The position numbers and the translations under genes are program-made. Below the pieces are notes generated by a model. It was not told the origin of the DNA. It did no database searches and saw nothing but the letters and a program-made list of their open reading frames with translations. From an uncultured Gemmatimonadaceae bacterium (GTDB taxonomy: Bacteria; Gemmatimonadota; Gemmatimonadetes; Longimicrobiales; Gaopeijiaceae): 64,000 nt of DNA. The DNA is taken from positions 50,504-114,503 of the forward strand of contig CAYPMO010000004.1 of assembly GCA_964412015.1 (NCBI GenBank), written 5' to 3'. Below, piece after piece: positions 42,265 to 51,352 of this stretch; position 1 is the stretch's first letter, and the number at the start of each line of letters is the position of its first letter.

Positions 42265-42470
42265 GGCACGGGCGGGTAATCGATCTCCCTCAGGGTGTTC
42301 TCGATGACGACCCAGTCGGTCGCTTCGGGATCCCAGGAGACGGTCACCCGCTTGGTCTCCTTGTCGGCCTTCACGGACGAGACGCCCTTAAGCGCGCCCA
42401 CCTCCTTCTGGATCGTCATCACGCAGTGGCCGCAGCTGATGTTCGGTACGGATACGGTCCTGGTGCTCAT
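42261..42470 (-). CDS. copZ: heavy-metal-associated copper chaperone
   Basis: 69-aa HMA fold with the metal-binding CxxC in [15 protein letters not shown]. Confidence 0.85.
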   Translation of the reverse strand: MSTRTVSVPNISCGHCVMTIQKEVGALKGVSSVKADKETKRVTVSWDPEATDWVVIENTLREIDYPPVP

Positions 42471-42501
42471 GCGGTGTCCTCGCCTCGTCGGGTGGATCGG
42501 A

Positions 42502-42780
42502 TCACGCCTTGCCGGTGGCCTGGAAGACGTCCATCAGTTCGGCCAGCACACGCTCCTTGGCGGCGGCGTCGCCGCCCTGGATCGCGTGGGTGACGCAGGA
42601 GTGGAGGTGCCGGTCGAGCACCAGCCCACTCACCTTCTTCAGCGCCCGCTGCACCGCGAGGATCTGGTTCACCACCTCCACGCAGTAGACGTCCGCCTCC
42701 ACCATCCGCGCGATGCCGCGGACGTGACCCTCCACGCTCTTCAGCCGGCGCATGATGTCCTGCTTGGGGTCGTCGGTCAC
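42502..42780 (-). CDS. csoR: CsoR-family copper-sensing repressor
   Basis: 92 aa from GTG 42780 with an AAGGAGG SD. Motifs: RLKSVEGHVRGIARMVE and the C-H-C ligand pattern (YC...HLHSC). Confidence 0.85.
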   Translation of the reverse strand: MTDDPKQDIMRRLKSVEGHVRGIARMVEADVYCVEVVNQILAVQRALKKVSGLVLDRHLHSCVTHAIQGGDAAAKERVLAELMDVFQATGKA

Positions 42781-42798
42781 GGAGCCTCCTTGGTTAAG

Positions 42799-42820
42799 CC
42801 CCCCCCCTGGGGGGAGGGGA
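42799..42820. promoter_or_regulatory. candidate CsoR operator (G/C-tract pseudo-palindrome)
   Basis: CCCCCCCCC-T-GGGGGG-A-GGGGATAC lies 20-40 nt upstream of the csoR start. It resembles the (TA)CCCC...GGGG(TA) operators described for CsoR proteins. Confidence 0.4.
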
Positions 42821-42925
42821 TACCTCCTATCTTCGCATTCTTCGAGAAAGCGCACAACCCCCCTCACCCGTTGCCCACCGCGAGCGCGCTTTGCGATCTT
42901 GCGGCGTTCTCGCTGAGGAGCGCGC

Positions 42926-43579
42926 ATGTCCCTGAAGTCGTACATCCGCACGATCATCACCCTGGGCCAGGGAGTGATTCGGGGGATCCCGGAGGCCTCC
43001 GCCGACCGTGATCCCATCGACCTCTTCCGGGACTGGTTCGAGGTAGCGAAGGAATCGGGGATCTACCTGCCCGAGTCCGCGGCCCTGGCGACGGTTTCTC
43101 CGGATGGAGCGCCTACCATCCGTATGATCCTGCTCAAGGCCGTGGACCAGCGCGGATTCGTGTTCTACACGAACTACGGCAGCCGTAAGGCAGCCGAGCT
43201 CGAGGCGAACGCCCGGTCTTCCCTCTGTTTCCACTGGGCCGTGCTGGAACGGCAGGTGCGCGTGGACGGACGGGCCGAGCGCATTTCGGTGGAGGAGAGT
43301 CAGGCGTACTTCGCCACGCGCTCCCGGGGCAGCCGCATCGGCGCGTGGGCATCCCACCAGAGCGAGCCCCTGAGCTCGCGCCGGGAGCTGGAGGAGCGCG
43401 TGCGGAGATACGAGCGCGAGTTCGCGGGTCGCGACGTGCCGCTCCCTCCCTTCTGGGGAGGGTACCTGATCCGGCCCGAGAGCATCGAGTTCTGGCAGGG
43501 GAAGGCCGACCGTCTCCACGAGCGTCTGCTCTTCCGGCGCGCATGCGGGCGGTGGAACACCGTGCGGCTCTACCCATGA
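42926..43579 (+). CDS. pdxH: pyridoxamine 5'-phosphate oxidase
   Basis: 217 aa. Motifs: MILLKAVDQRGFVFYTNYGSRKA, CFHWAVLERQVRVDG and the C-terminal IEFWQGKADRLHERLLF...RLYP. Confidence 0.9.
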   Translation: MSLKSYIRTIITLGQGVIRGIPEASADRDPIDLFRDWFEVAKESGIYLPESAALATVSPDGAPTIRMILLKAVDQRGFVFYTNYGSRKAAELEANARSSLCFHWAVLERQVRVDGRAERISVEESQAYFATRSRGSRIGAWASHQSEPLSSRRELEERVRRYEREFAGRDVPLPPFWGGYLIRPESIEFWQGKADRLHERLLFRRACGRWNTVRLYP

Positions 43580-43595
43580 CGAGGCAGGCAGACGC

Positions 43596-44279
43596 GTGAC
43601 GACGGCCGAGGCTCCCTACTTCACTCGGGAGACGTTCCGGTTCCTCCGGGATCTGGCGAGGAACAACGACCGGGCGTGGTTCGCCGAGAACAAGACGCGC
43701 TACGAGGCGGAGGTGAAGGACGCCGCGCTCCGCCTCATCCAGGACTTCTCCCCCTACCTGTCCCGGCTGAGCCCCCACTTCCATGCGGGGCCGCGCTCGC
43801 TCTTCCGGATCCACAAGGACACGCGCTTCTCGAAGGACAAGGCCCCCTACAAGACCCACACGGGGATCCAGTTCCGACACGACCTGGCCCGGGATGCCCA
43901 CGCGCCGGGCTATTACTTCCATATCGAGCCCCGAGGCGTCTTCCTCGCCCTCGGCCTCTGGCATCCCGACGGACCCACCCTCCGGAAGATCCGCGAGCAT
44001 ATCGTCGAGAAGCCCGACGCCTGGACGAGGGCGTCCCGGAGCCGGAAGCTCACGAGCAAGCTCACGCTGGAAGGCGAGCGCCTGTCCCGCCCCCCCGCGG
44101 GATTCGACCCGCGGCACCCGCTCGTGGAGGACCTGAAGTGGAAGGACTTCATGGCCTACACGGACCTGGACGAGGCGTTCGTCACCAACCCCGCGCTACC
44201 CCGCGAGCTCTCGCGGCTCTACGCCGCGGGCTCGGAGTACATGGCGTTCCTGTGCGAGGCCATCGGGGTACCGTTCTGA
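43596..44279 (+). CDS. DUF2461 (TIGR02453) family protein
   Basis: 227 aa with a GTG start. Motifs: FTRETFRFLRDLARNNDRAWFAENKTRYE and FRIHKDTRFSKDKAPYKTH, characteristic of the family. Confidence 0.8.
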   Translation: MTTAEAPYFTRETFRFLRDLARNNDRAWFAENKTRYEAEVKDAALRLIQDFSPYLSRLSPHFHAGPRSLFRIHKDTRFSKDKAPYKTHTGIQFRHDLARDAHAPGYYFHIEPRGVFLALGLWHPDGPTLRKIREHIVEKPDAWTRASRSRKLTSKLTLEGERLSRPPAGFDPRHPLVEDLKWKDFMAYTDLDEAFVTNPALPRELSRLYAAGSEYMAFLCEAIGVPF

Positions 44280-44322
44280 AGGAGGTACGGCGCGGCGCGC
44301 GCCAACGACCGCGGAGGTCCTC

Positions 44323-45354
44323 ATGCGCTACAAGCTTCTCGGCCGCAGCGGCCTGCGCGTCTCCGAGCTCGCGCTCGGCACGATGACCTTCGGTCCCGAG
44401 TGGGGATGGGGCGCCACCAGGGAAGAGAGCCGGAGGATTTTCGACGCGTTCGCCGAGGCCGGCGGCAACTTCCTGGACACGGCCAATCGCTACACGGACG
44501 GGACGAGCGAACGCTACGTCGGCGAGTTCGTCCGCGCCGACCGCGACCACTTCGTGGTGGCGACGAAGTACACGCTCTTCGATCGCCACGGTGACCCGAA
44601 CGCGGCCGGAAACCACACGAAGAACATGGTGCGGTCGCTCGAGGGCAGTCTGGATCGGCTCGGGCTGACCTTCGTGGATCTCTTCTGGGTGCATGCCTGG
44701 GACTTCACCACGGGGGTGGACGAGGTCATGCGCGGGCTCGACGACCTCGTGCGCCGCGGTCTCGTCCTCTACGTGGGCGTGTCCGACACGCCCGCGTGGG
44801 TGGTGTCGCGGGCCAATACCCTGGCCGACCTGCGCGGTTGGTCGCCGTTCGTCGCCCTCCAGCTCCGCTATTCGTTGTTGGATCGCACGCCCGAGCGCGA
44901 ACTGCTCCCGATGGCGCGTCACCTGGACCTGGCGGTGACGCCCTGGGCCGTCCAGGGCGCCGGTGTGCTCTCGGGCAAGTACACCCGTACCGAAGCGGGT
45001 AGGCCCGGCCGCGCGCGGGACGGGGCCGCCAGGGACGAGCGGAACCTCGCGATCGCCCGGGTCGTGGACGGCGTGGCCGACGAGATCGGTTGTGCGTCGT
45101 CGCAGGTGGCGATCGCGTGGGTGCGGAGCCGCCCTGGCGTGATCGTCCCGCTCGTCGGCGCACGTACCGCGGATCAGATGCGTGAGAACCTCGGCGCTCT
45201 GGACGTCACGCTCGAGGACGGGCACGTGGCCCGACTGGACGAGGCGAGCGCGATCGAGCCGGGGTTCCCTCACGACTGGACGGCCCAGGAGCACATCCGA
45301 GATCTGATCTTCGCCGGGACGCACGACCGGATCGACCACCACCGGCGAAGGTGA
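44323..45354 (+). CDS. aldo/keto reductase
   Basis: 343 aa. Motifs: MRYKLLGRSGLRVSELALGTMTFG, FLDTANRY, VATK and GVSDTPAW. Confidence 0.9.
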   Translation: MRYKLLGRSGLRVSELALGTMTFGPEWGWGATREESRRIFDAFAEAGGNFLDTANRYTDGTSERYVGEFVRADRDHFVVATKYTLFDRHGDPNAAGNHTKNMVRSLEGSLDRLGLTFVDLFWVHAWDFTTGVDEVMRGLDDLVRRGLVLYVGVSDTPAWVVSRANTLADLRGWSPFVALQLRYSLLDRTPERELLPMARHLDLAVTPWAVQGAGVLSGKYTRTEAGRPGRARDGAARDERNLAIARVVDGVADEIGCASSQVAIAWVRSRPGVIVPLVGARTADQMRENLGALDVTLEDGHVARLDEASAIEPGFPHDWTAQEHIRDLIFAGTHDRIDHHRRR

Positions 45355-45427
45355 GCGAGGGGTCCACGCGGCACGCCGCGTGGCCCGACGACGACCGGCG
45401 ACGTGGTGGGAGGTCGGGGGCGGCGGC

Positions 45428-46528
45428 TCAGCGGCGTCGAGCGCGAAGCCCCGGCACGGCTTCCAGCATCCGCTCCACCACCTGTTCGGCGCCGCCCGAC
45501 GGCTGCGGTGGAGGCGGCGGCGTGTCCACGAGCTCGGGAAGCCGCTCGATCCACGCTCCCGCCCCGAAAGCGGGGCCGGGGATCTCGAAGCCTGGGAGGC
45601 GCGCCGCCACCCACTCGCGGAGCGAAGGCGTCTCACGGAAGTCCGGGCGCGTGACGAACGCCAGAGGGCGGCCCTCGCGCCATACCTCCGCCACCGTGCT
45701 GTAGCCGAGCTTGGCGACCACCGCATCCGCGGCGCGTACGAGGTGGGGCATGTAGAGGCGGGTAGCGTTGTCGAACAGGATGAGGCTCCCCCGCACCTCG
45801 GTCCTCGGGCACCCGGTCACGACGGACGTGATGCCGTCCGCCGCCGCGAGCCGGTCGAGGAACGGCATCTCCTCGGCATATCCTCCCGTAGTCACCACGA
45901 TCATGCGATGTCCCGGTGCCACGCCCAGCTCGGCTCGTGCCTCCTCGCGGCTCACGCGCGCCGGACGGCTCACGGGCCGAACGGTGGCATGGGCGCGCGG
46001 ATCGGCGTGGCAGTACGGCTCGGCGAGAAGGTGCAACGTGGCCCGCCCGATCCACGCGTCCAGCTCGGCGGAGAGCGGCTCGAGCTCGGGTGAACCCGCC
46101 AGAAGCGGCTCATAGAGCCAGGGCCACGTGAAGTTCTCCACGAGCACGGAGGGGATGCCGGCCCGCTCGGCCACCGCGATGCCCAAGGGCGCGATGTCGC
46201 AGAGGACCGCCGTGCAGCCCGAGCGTCGAACCTCCAGGGCGAGTCCGGCCACGAGGTCGTCGTCGAAGGGGACCATCGCGCGCACGGCCCGCACCGTCTC
46301 GGCCGGGTCGAAGCTGAGCGCGGAGGTCTGGAAGAACCCCACGTCGGTCACCACCCGGTGGTACCGATAGAGGCCTGATGCCACCTCGTCGAAGAACCAG
46401 CGCGGGGACGACGCGAACAACTCGAACCGGGCGCCCGTGCGGTGATGCAGGGCCTGCATCACCGCGGACGCCCGGGCAGCGTGTCCGAACCCGTGAGGGG
46501 ATACGAACACGGCCAGGTGTGGGTTCAC
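45428..46528 (-). CDS. GT-B fold glycosyltransferase (MurG/GT28-like, Glyco_trans_1_3-type), acceptor unknown
   Basis: 366 aa from GTG 46528, which overlaps the upstream gene's stop (GTGA). Its N-terminus (AVFVSPHGFGHAARASAV) has a glycine/His-rich loop. The C-terminal half (MIVVTTGG...ADAVVAKLGYSTVAEV) is typical of MurG-like enzymes. Confidence 0.65.
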   Translation of the reverse strand: MNPHLAVFVSPHGFGHAARASAVMQALHHRTGARFELFASSPRWFFDEVASGLYRYHRVVTDVGFFQTSALSFDPAETVRAVRAMVPFDDDLVAGLALEVRRSGCTAVLCDIAPLGIAVAERAGIPSVLVENFTWPWLYEPLLAGSPELEPLSAELDAWIGRATLHLLAEPYCHADPRAHATVRPVSRPARVSREEARAELGVAPGHRMIVVTTGGYAEEMPFLDRLAAADGITSVVTGCPRTEVRGSLILFDNATRLYMPHLVRAADAVVAKLGYSTVAEVWREGRPLAFVTRPDFRETPSLREWVAARLPGFEIPGPAFGAGAWIERLPELVDTPPPPPQPSGGAEQVVERMLEAVPGLRARRR

Positions 46529-47862
46529 CCGCTCTTCCACCCCGTCAGAATAGGAGCGAGCGCATCCTGGAGGTCCGGCTTGCCCACCACGGCGAGCTCG
46601 TAGCGCACCCGGGTGAACGGCACCGGGATCCGGACCAGGCGGGCGAGATCGATCGGCGTCCCCACCGCCACGGCTTCGACACCGCCCTCCGCCGCCTTCC
46701 GGAGCGTCGCCTCGAGGTCCGCGATCTGCCGGTCGCCGTACCCCATCGCCGGCAGCACGGGCCCGAGGTCCGGGTACTTCCCGAACGTCTCGGTGAGCTC
46801 GCCAACCAGGAACGGTCGGGGATCGACGAGCGCCGACGCGCCCGCGTCCCTCGCGCCGAGCGTGGCCGCGCCGTAGCGCATGCCCCCGTGCGTGAGAGTC
46901 GGACCGTCCTCCACCGCCAACACCCTGCGGCCCCACAGCACCTTCGGATCGTCCACGGTGATCGGGGAAGCCGCCTGGATGACCATCGCCTTCGGGTTCA
47001 CCTCGGTGACGTTCGCCAGCACCTCCGCGACGTGGTCGGGGTTGGCTGTCTGGATCTTGTTGACCACCACCACGTCCGCGAGGCGCAGGTTGGTCTCACC
47101 GGGATGGTACCGTAGCTCGTGCCCCGGCCGGTGTGGGTCCACGAGCGTGATATACACGTTCGCCTTGAAGAAGGACGTGTCGTTGTTGCCCCCGTCCCAG
47201 AGCACCACGTCCGACTCGGCTTCCGCGGCCCGCAGGATCGCCTCGTAGTCCACGCCGGCGAACACCGCGGATCCGTTCGCGATGTGTGGTTCGTACTCCT
47301 CGCGCTCCTCGATCGTGGCCTCATACCGCACGAGGTCCTCCTCACTCGCGAAGCGCTGCACCCGCTGCTTCAGCAGATCGCCGTACGGCATGGGGTGTCG
47401 CACGATACCCACCCGCATACCAGCGCCGCGCAGGATATTAGCCACGGCGCGGCTCGTCTGGCTCTTGCCCACACCCGTCCGGGACGCGCACACGGCCACC
47501 ACCGGCTTGCCGGACCGGAGCATGGTCCGGGCCGCGCCGCCGATCTCGAAATCGGGTCCCGCGGCGCTCACCCGGCTGGCCAGGTGCATGACGTATTCGT
47601 GGGAGACGTCGGAATACGCCATCACACAGCGCGTAACCTGTTCTCTCTCAATGATCTCCTCGAGGTCCGACTCGGACAGGATGGGAATGCCGTCAGGATA
47701 GAGCCGCCCCGCGAGCTCGGCGGGGTACTTGCGGCCGTCGATGTGAGGAATCTGCTGCGCCGTGAACGCGACGACGCGGACGGCCGGGTCGTCGCGGTAG
47801 ATCGTATTGAAGACGTGGAAGTCGCGGCCCGCGGCTCCCAGAATCACGATTCGGTGGTCCAT
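46525..47862 (-). CDS. COG2403-type P-loop protein ('predicted GTPase' / cyclic 2,3-diphosphoglycerate synthetase-like)
   Basis: 445 aa. Motifs: MDHRIVILGAAGRDFHVFNTIYRDDP..VVAFTAQQIPHIDGRKYP, YSDVSHEYVMH, Walker-A-like CASRTGVGKSQTS, RHPMPYGDL, EEREEYEPHI and WDGGNND. The family name is assigned from memory. Confidence 0.7.
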   Translation of the reverse strand: MDHRIVILGAAGRDFHVFNTIYRDDPAVRVVAFTAQQIPHIDGRKYPAELAGRLYPDGIPILSESDLEEIIEREQVTRCVMAYSDVSHEYVMHLASRVSAAGPDFEIGGAARTMLRSGKPVVAVCASRTGVGKSQTSRAVANILRGAGMRVGIVRHPMPYGDLLKQRVQRFASEEDLVRYEATIEEREEYEPHIANGSAVFAGVDYEAILRAAEAESDVVLWDGGNNDTSFFKANVYITLVDPHRPGHELRYHPGETNLRLADVVVVNKIQTANPDHVAEVLANVTEVNPKAMVIQAASPITVDDPKVLWGRRVLAVEDGPTLTHGGMRYGAATLGARDAGASALVDPRPFLVGELTETFGKYPDLGPVLPAMGYGDRQIADLEATLRKAAEGGVEAVAVGTPIDLARLVRIPVPFTRVRYELAVVGKPDLQDALAPILTGWKSG

Positions 47863-47988
47863 AGGTCGGCAGGATGGTGGGGGAAGACTGCCCTAGAGGC
47901 ATAACACTCTCGGGGACCCGGGTCCATCCATTCGGGAGCCCTTCGCACCCGCATGATTATGCAGCGCGCTTAGGCTGCAGCGGGCGCG

Positions 47989-49740
47989 TCACTCACAGCA
48001 CTCGAGCACGTCGAGAACGTCCAACCGCCGGGCCCCGGCCAGCTTCCCCGGGCCGTTCGCGGCGGTCGCTTCGGGCGGCCCCCGCCGGTGCCAATCCGTC
48101 TCCGCCTGCCAGGCCGCCACCAGCGAGAGCAAGCGCTCCTCGCCGAACGGAGGCCCGCCGAGGAGCGCGGGAATCGGCAGCAGATAGCCCCGCGACTCCT
48201 CGAAGCCGATCGGGAACGCGATGAGCGGGAGCCCGATCATGTCGAACGGTATGGGTGTCGTCTGGACGACCACGTCGCATTGCGCGAAGAGGTCGTCCAG
48301 CACCCTGCGCAACAGCACCATCTTGGCACGCTGTCCGCGGAGGTACTCGGGTCCCGACAGGAGCAGGCCGTTGATCCAGGGCGCGAGCGCGACCCCGAAG
48401 AGCCGGACGTCGCGCCTCAGTGTGTCCATGAACGGCTCCGCGCGCTCGGGCAGGCGCACGTTGTTGAAGCTCCCGCTCGTGAGCGTGTCCCACTCCTCCG
48501 GAAGCTCCACTTCCACGACCCTCGCCCCCAGCGACTCCAACGTGGTGATCAGGGCGTGCCGCGCGGCATTCTCGGCAGCGCGGCGCCGTTCCATGCGACG
48601 GAGCCGACGCTCCCGCTCGACGGGTGTCTCGTCGCGAGGCGCGAAGCGTCCGGACTCCCCTGCCTCCGACTCGGGTGCGTCCATCCACCCAGGTACGATC
48701 CCCACCGTGGTCGGCCACCGGAGAACCGTCCGGCTCCCCCGCCGCACCGGCTCCGCCGCGGTGGCGTAGTCGGGTACGGGCGGAAGCCCGACCGTTCGCG
48801 CGTCGAGCGGGTCCGCGCCGGCCATGTGCTGCAGCATGAGCGCCGCGTCCATCGCATCGCGGGCGATCGGCCCGGGATGGTCCCGCGTGTACGAGAGCGG
48901 CACGATCCCGTGGAGTGAGACGCGGCCCATCGTGGGCTTGATCCCCGTGAGCCCCTGTGCGGAGGACGGGTTCGTGATCGAGCCGCCGGTCTGCGTGCCC
49001 GTGCTCGAGGCCGCCATGCGCGCCACGACCGCCGTGGCCGACCCGCTCGACGAGCCACCCGGGCTCACGTCGGGGTCGTCGGGGGCCCACGCGTTGCGCG
49101 TGGTGGGCTCGCCGTCCGGTGTCGTCGCGCGCGTGGTCGCGAGAGGACCCATCTGCGTCTTGCCGAGGAGGATCGCTCCGCCCGACTTGAGACGCGCCCA
49201 CGCGGTCGCGTCGTACTCCGGCACGAAGTCGCGGTAGATGTACGAGTTCGCCGTCGTGAGCACGCCCCTCGTGTAGTAGTTGTCTTTGATCGCGAGCGGG
49301 ATGCCGTGCAGCGGCCCCGACCAGGGGAGCTCCGCGAGCCGGCGGGCTTCGGCGCGCGCGGCATCGGCCACCACCGTGTTGAACGCCATGAGCCTGGCGT
49401 CCATCGCCTCGATGCGACGGAGGTACGCATCCACGACATCGAGGGGGCTCAGCGCCCCGTCGCGCAGCAGTGCCGCCAGCTCGGCCACCGACATCCGCCA
49501 GGGCTCCGTCGCCTGCACGGACGCCGGGTCCGGCAGCGGCCACGGCGCCCTACGCCGCAGGGCACGCGCGCTCCCGGCGGCCACCGTGGGGGCGAGCGCC
49601 GTTCCGGCGGCGGCGCCCGCGGTGAGCATTCCCATGCGTGCCAGGAACCGCCGACGGTCGAGCACGCGATCCTGCGGGAGGGCGGAGGCGTCGCGGGAGC
49701 AGCGGCCCGCGTCACGGCCGCGTCGGGAGCGAGGCGTCAT
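47989..49740 (-). CDS. amidase-signature (AS) family amidase with twin-arginine signal
   Basis: 583 aa from ATG 49740. Tat motif DRRRFLARMGMLTAGAAAGTALA. AS block GGSSSGSATAVVARMAASSTGTQTGGSI and KDNY. The upstream 139 codons of track ORF 47989..50157 are rejected. Confidence 0.85.
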   Translation of the reverse strand: MTPRSRRGRDAGRCSRDASALPQDRVLDRRRFLARMGMLTAGAAAGTALAPTVAAGSARALRRRAPWPLPDPASVQATEPWRMSVAELAALLRDGALSPLDVVDAYLRRIEAMDARLMAFNTVVADAARAEARRLAELPWSGPLHGIPLAIKDNYYTRGVLTTANSYIYRDFVPEYDATAWARLKSGGAILLGKTQMGPLATTRATTPDGEPTTRNAWAPDDPDVSPGGSSSGSATAVVARMAASSTGTQTGGSITNPSSAQGLTGIKPTMGRVSLHGIVPLSYTRDHPGPIARDAMDAALMLQHMAGADPLDARTVGLPPVPDYATAAEPVRRGSRTVLRWPTTVGIVPGWMDAPESEAGESGRFAPRDETPVERERRLRRMERRRAAENAARHALITTLESLGARVVEVELPEEWDTLTSGSFNNVRLPERAEPFMDTLRRDVRLFGVALAPWINGLLLSGPEYLRGQRAKMVLLRRVLDDLFAQCDVVVQTTPIPFDMIGLPLIAFPIGFEESRGYLLPIPALLGGPPFGEERLLSLVAAWQAETDWHRRGPPEATAANGPGKLAGARRLDVLDVLECCE

Positions 49741-50006
49741 TCCCGGCCCTCTTCCGGCACCACGCCTAGCCAGGCGGGATACATGGACGGCACGACTTCC
49801 TGAGGGTCCGGCTCCCACGCCATGATCGCCGGCGGCGTCGAGCGCAGGAACCGCCGTGCGCCGGCCAGGATCCGGCGGCGGTCCGCCGGGGCCTTCGGGT
49901 CGTCCTCGGGCAGGACGCCGAGGTCCACGCCCAGGCTCTTCAGCCGAGCGACGATCCAGGCGTCGAGCTCTTCGTCGGAGAGCTCCTGCATGCGGTGCGC
50001 GTCCAT
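49737..50006 (-). CDS. hypothetical 89-aa protein translationally coupled to the Tat-amidase
   Basis: ATGA overlap with the amidase start (49737-49740). Nearly every third codon position is G/C. Sequence MDAHRMQELSDEELDAWIVARLKSLGVDLG... has no recognisable domain, and no clear SD precedes ATG 50006 (alternative ATG at 49992). Confidence 0.5.
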   Translation of the reverse strand: MDAHRMQELSDEELDAWIVARLKSLGVDLGVLPEDDPKAPADRRRILAGARRFLRSTPPAIMAWEPDPQEVVPSMYPAWLGVVPEEGRE

Positions 50007-50089
50007 GGTGTGGCCGGCCAAGGTAGGGCATGCCGGCGGTGCGGGCGAGGGGAACCCGGCCGGCTCGGCGAGCCGCGCGTGAGGAGGTG

Positions 50090-51229
50090 CTAATCCTCCG
50101 GCGGATCCGGTTCCGTCTGGGCGGGAGCGACCTCGGCCGCGGCCGGACGCTCGGCATACTCCGCCTGGACCGCCTCGATCTCCTCGCGGGCCTCGAGGAA
50201 GACGCCGAGGACCTCGGGATCGAAGTGCGCCCCTGACGCCTCGGTCATCATGCCGACGACATCGTCGTTCGGTAGCGCCTTCCGGTACGGGCGGTCCACC
50301 GACAGGGCGTCGAAAAAGTCCACCACGGCGCAGATGCGGCCCTCGAGGGGGATGGCGGCGCCGCTCACGCCGTAGGGATACCCCTTCCCGTCCCAACGTT
50401 CGTGGTGGGATAGCGCGATGCGCTCTCCCATCTGGATCACCTCGGACGTCGAGTTCGCGAGGATCTGGCCCCCGATGATCGTGTGGGAGCGCATGATCGC
50501 CCATTCCTCCGCGTCGAGCTTTCCGGGCTTCAGCAGAATGCGGTCGGGAATTCCCAGCTTGCCGACATCGTGCATGGGCGCAGCGTAGCGGATCGTCATC
50601 ACGGCGCGCTCGGAGAGGCTCATCCGCCGCGCGACGACTTCGGAGAACCGCCCGATCCGCTCGACGTGGCTCGCGGTGTCGCGGTCCTTGTACTCACCCG
50701 CCAGCGTGAGGCGATGGATGGTGTCCATGTGCGCCGCCTCGGTCGTGCGGCGGGCGGCTTCCACCTCCGCCAGAGCCTCTCTGAGCTCCCGCGTGCGGAT
50801 CTCTACGGTCTCCTCGAGCGTGCGCCCGTGAGCCTTGATCTCGTCCTGTGCCACCTTGAGCGAGACCAACCACCGCGCGCGCAACCGCAACTCGTCGGGA
50901 TCCACCGGCTTGTTGATGAAGTCGTTGATCCCGAGGTCGAACGCGCGAAGGCGATCCCCCTTCCCCGCCAGTCCGGTGACCATGACGATCGGGATGTCGG
51001 CCACCAGAGGGTCGCCGCGAACCAGGCGCGCCACCTCGAAGCCGTCCATGTTGGGCATAGACGCGTCCATGACGATCAGGTCCACCGCGGGACGGATGAG
51101 GGCGAGCGCCTCCACTCCGTCGGACGCGACTTCCACGGCATATCCGAAGCCCCTCAGAAGTTCGGAGTGCAGCGTGAGGAACTCGGGGTCGTCCTCCACG
51201 ACCAGCACCCGCCGGGGCGTGTTGTTCAC
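50090..51229 (-). CDS. response regulator with HD-GYP c-di-GMP phosphodiesterase output domain (RpfG-like)
   Basis: REC domain (VLVVEDD...IVMDASMPNMDG...). The HD-GYP domain shows HDVGKLGIP and HHERWDGKGYP. GTG start with a GGAGG SD. No cognate histidine kinase is adjacent. Confidence 0.9.
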   Translation of the reverse strand: MNNTPRRVLVVEDDPEFLTLHSELLRGFGYAVEVASDGVEALALIRPAVDLIVMDASMPNMDGFEVARLVRGDPLVADIPIVMVTGLAGKGDRLRAFDLGINDFINKPVDPDELRLRARWLVSLKVAQDEIKAHGRTLEETVEIRTRELREALAEVEAARRTTEAAHMDTIHRLTLAGEYKDRDTASHVERIGRFSEVVARRMSLSERAVMTIRYAAPMHDVGKLGIPDRILLKPGKLDAEEWAIMRSHTIIGGQILANSTSEVIQMGERIALSHHERWDGKGYPYGVSGAAIPLEGRICAVVDFFDALSVDRPYRKALPNDDVVGMMTEASGAHFDPEVLGVFLEAREEIEAVQAEYAERPAAAEVAPAQTEPDPPED

Positions 51230-51321
51230 GGCTCCTCCAACGAGGTCATGGAGTCACAACGTTGGGCGATCTGCCGCGCCTCGCCAAGGGGTGGGCCCGC
51301 GCTCCGCCAGCCGGCGTGCCG

Positions 51322-51352
51322 AGGCCCGGAGCGCGCGAGGCGCTCCGGGCCT
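51322..51352. other. perfect 13-bp GC-rich hairpin in long intergenic region
   Basis: AGGCCCGGAGCGC-gcgag-GCGCTCCGGGCCT lies 93-123 nt upstream of the response-regulator start. No U-tract follows on either strand. Confidence 0.4.

Noticed and set aside
39275-42279. Several 490-540-aa ORFs (39275..40810 -, 40136..41617 +, 40651..42279 +) across copA and DUF481
   Set aside because: These are Arg/Pro/Ser/Thr-rich alternative-frame or antisense translations. copA ([16 protein letters not shown]) and the DUF481 barrel explain the coding signal.
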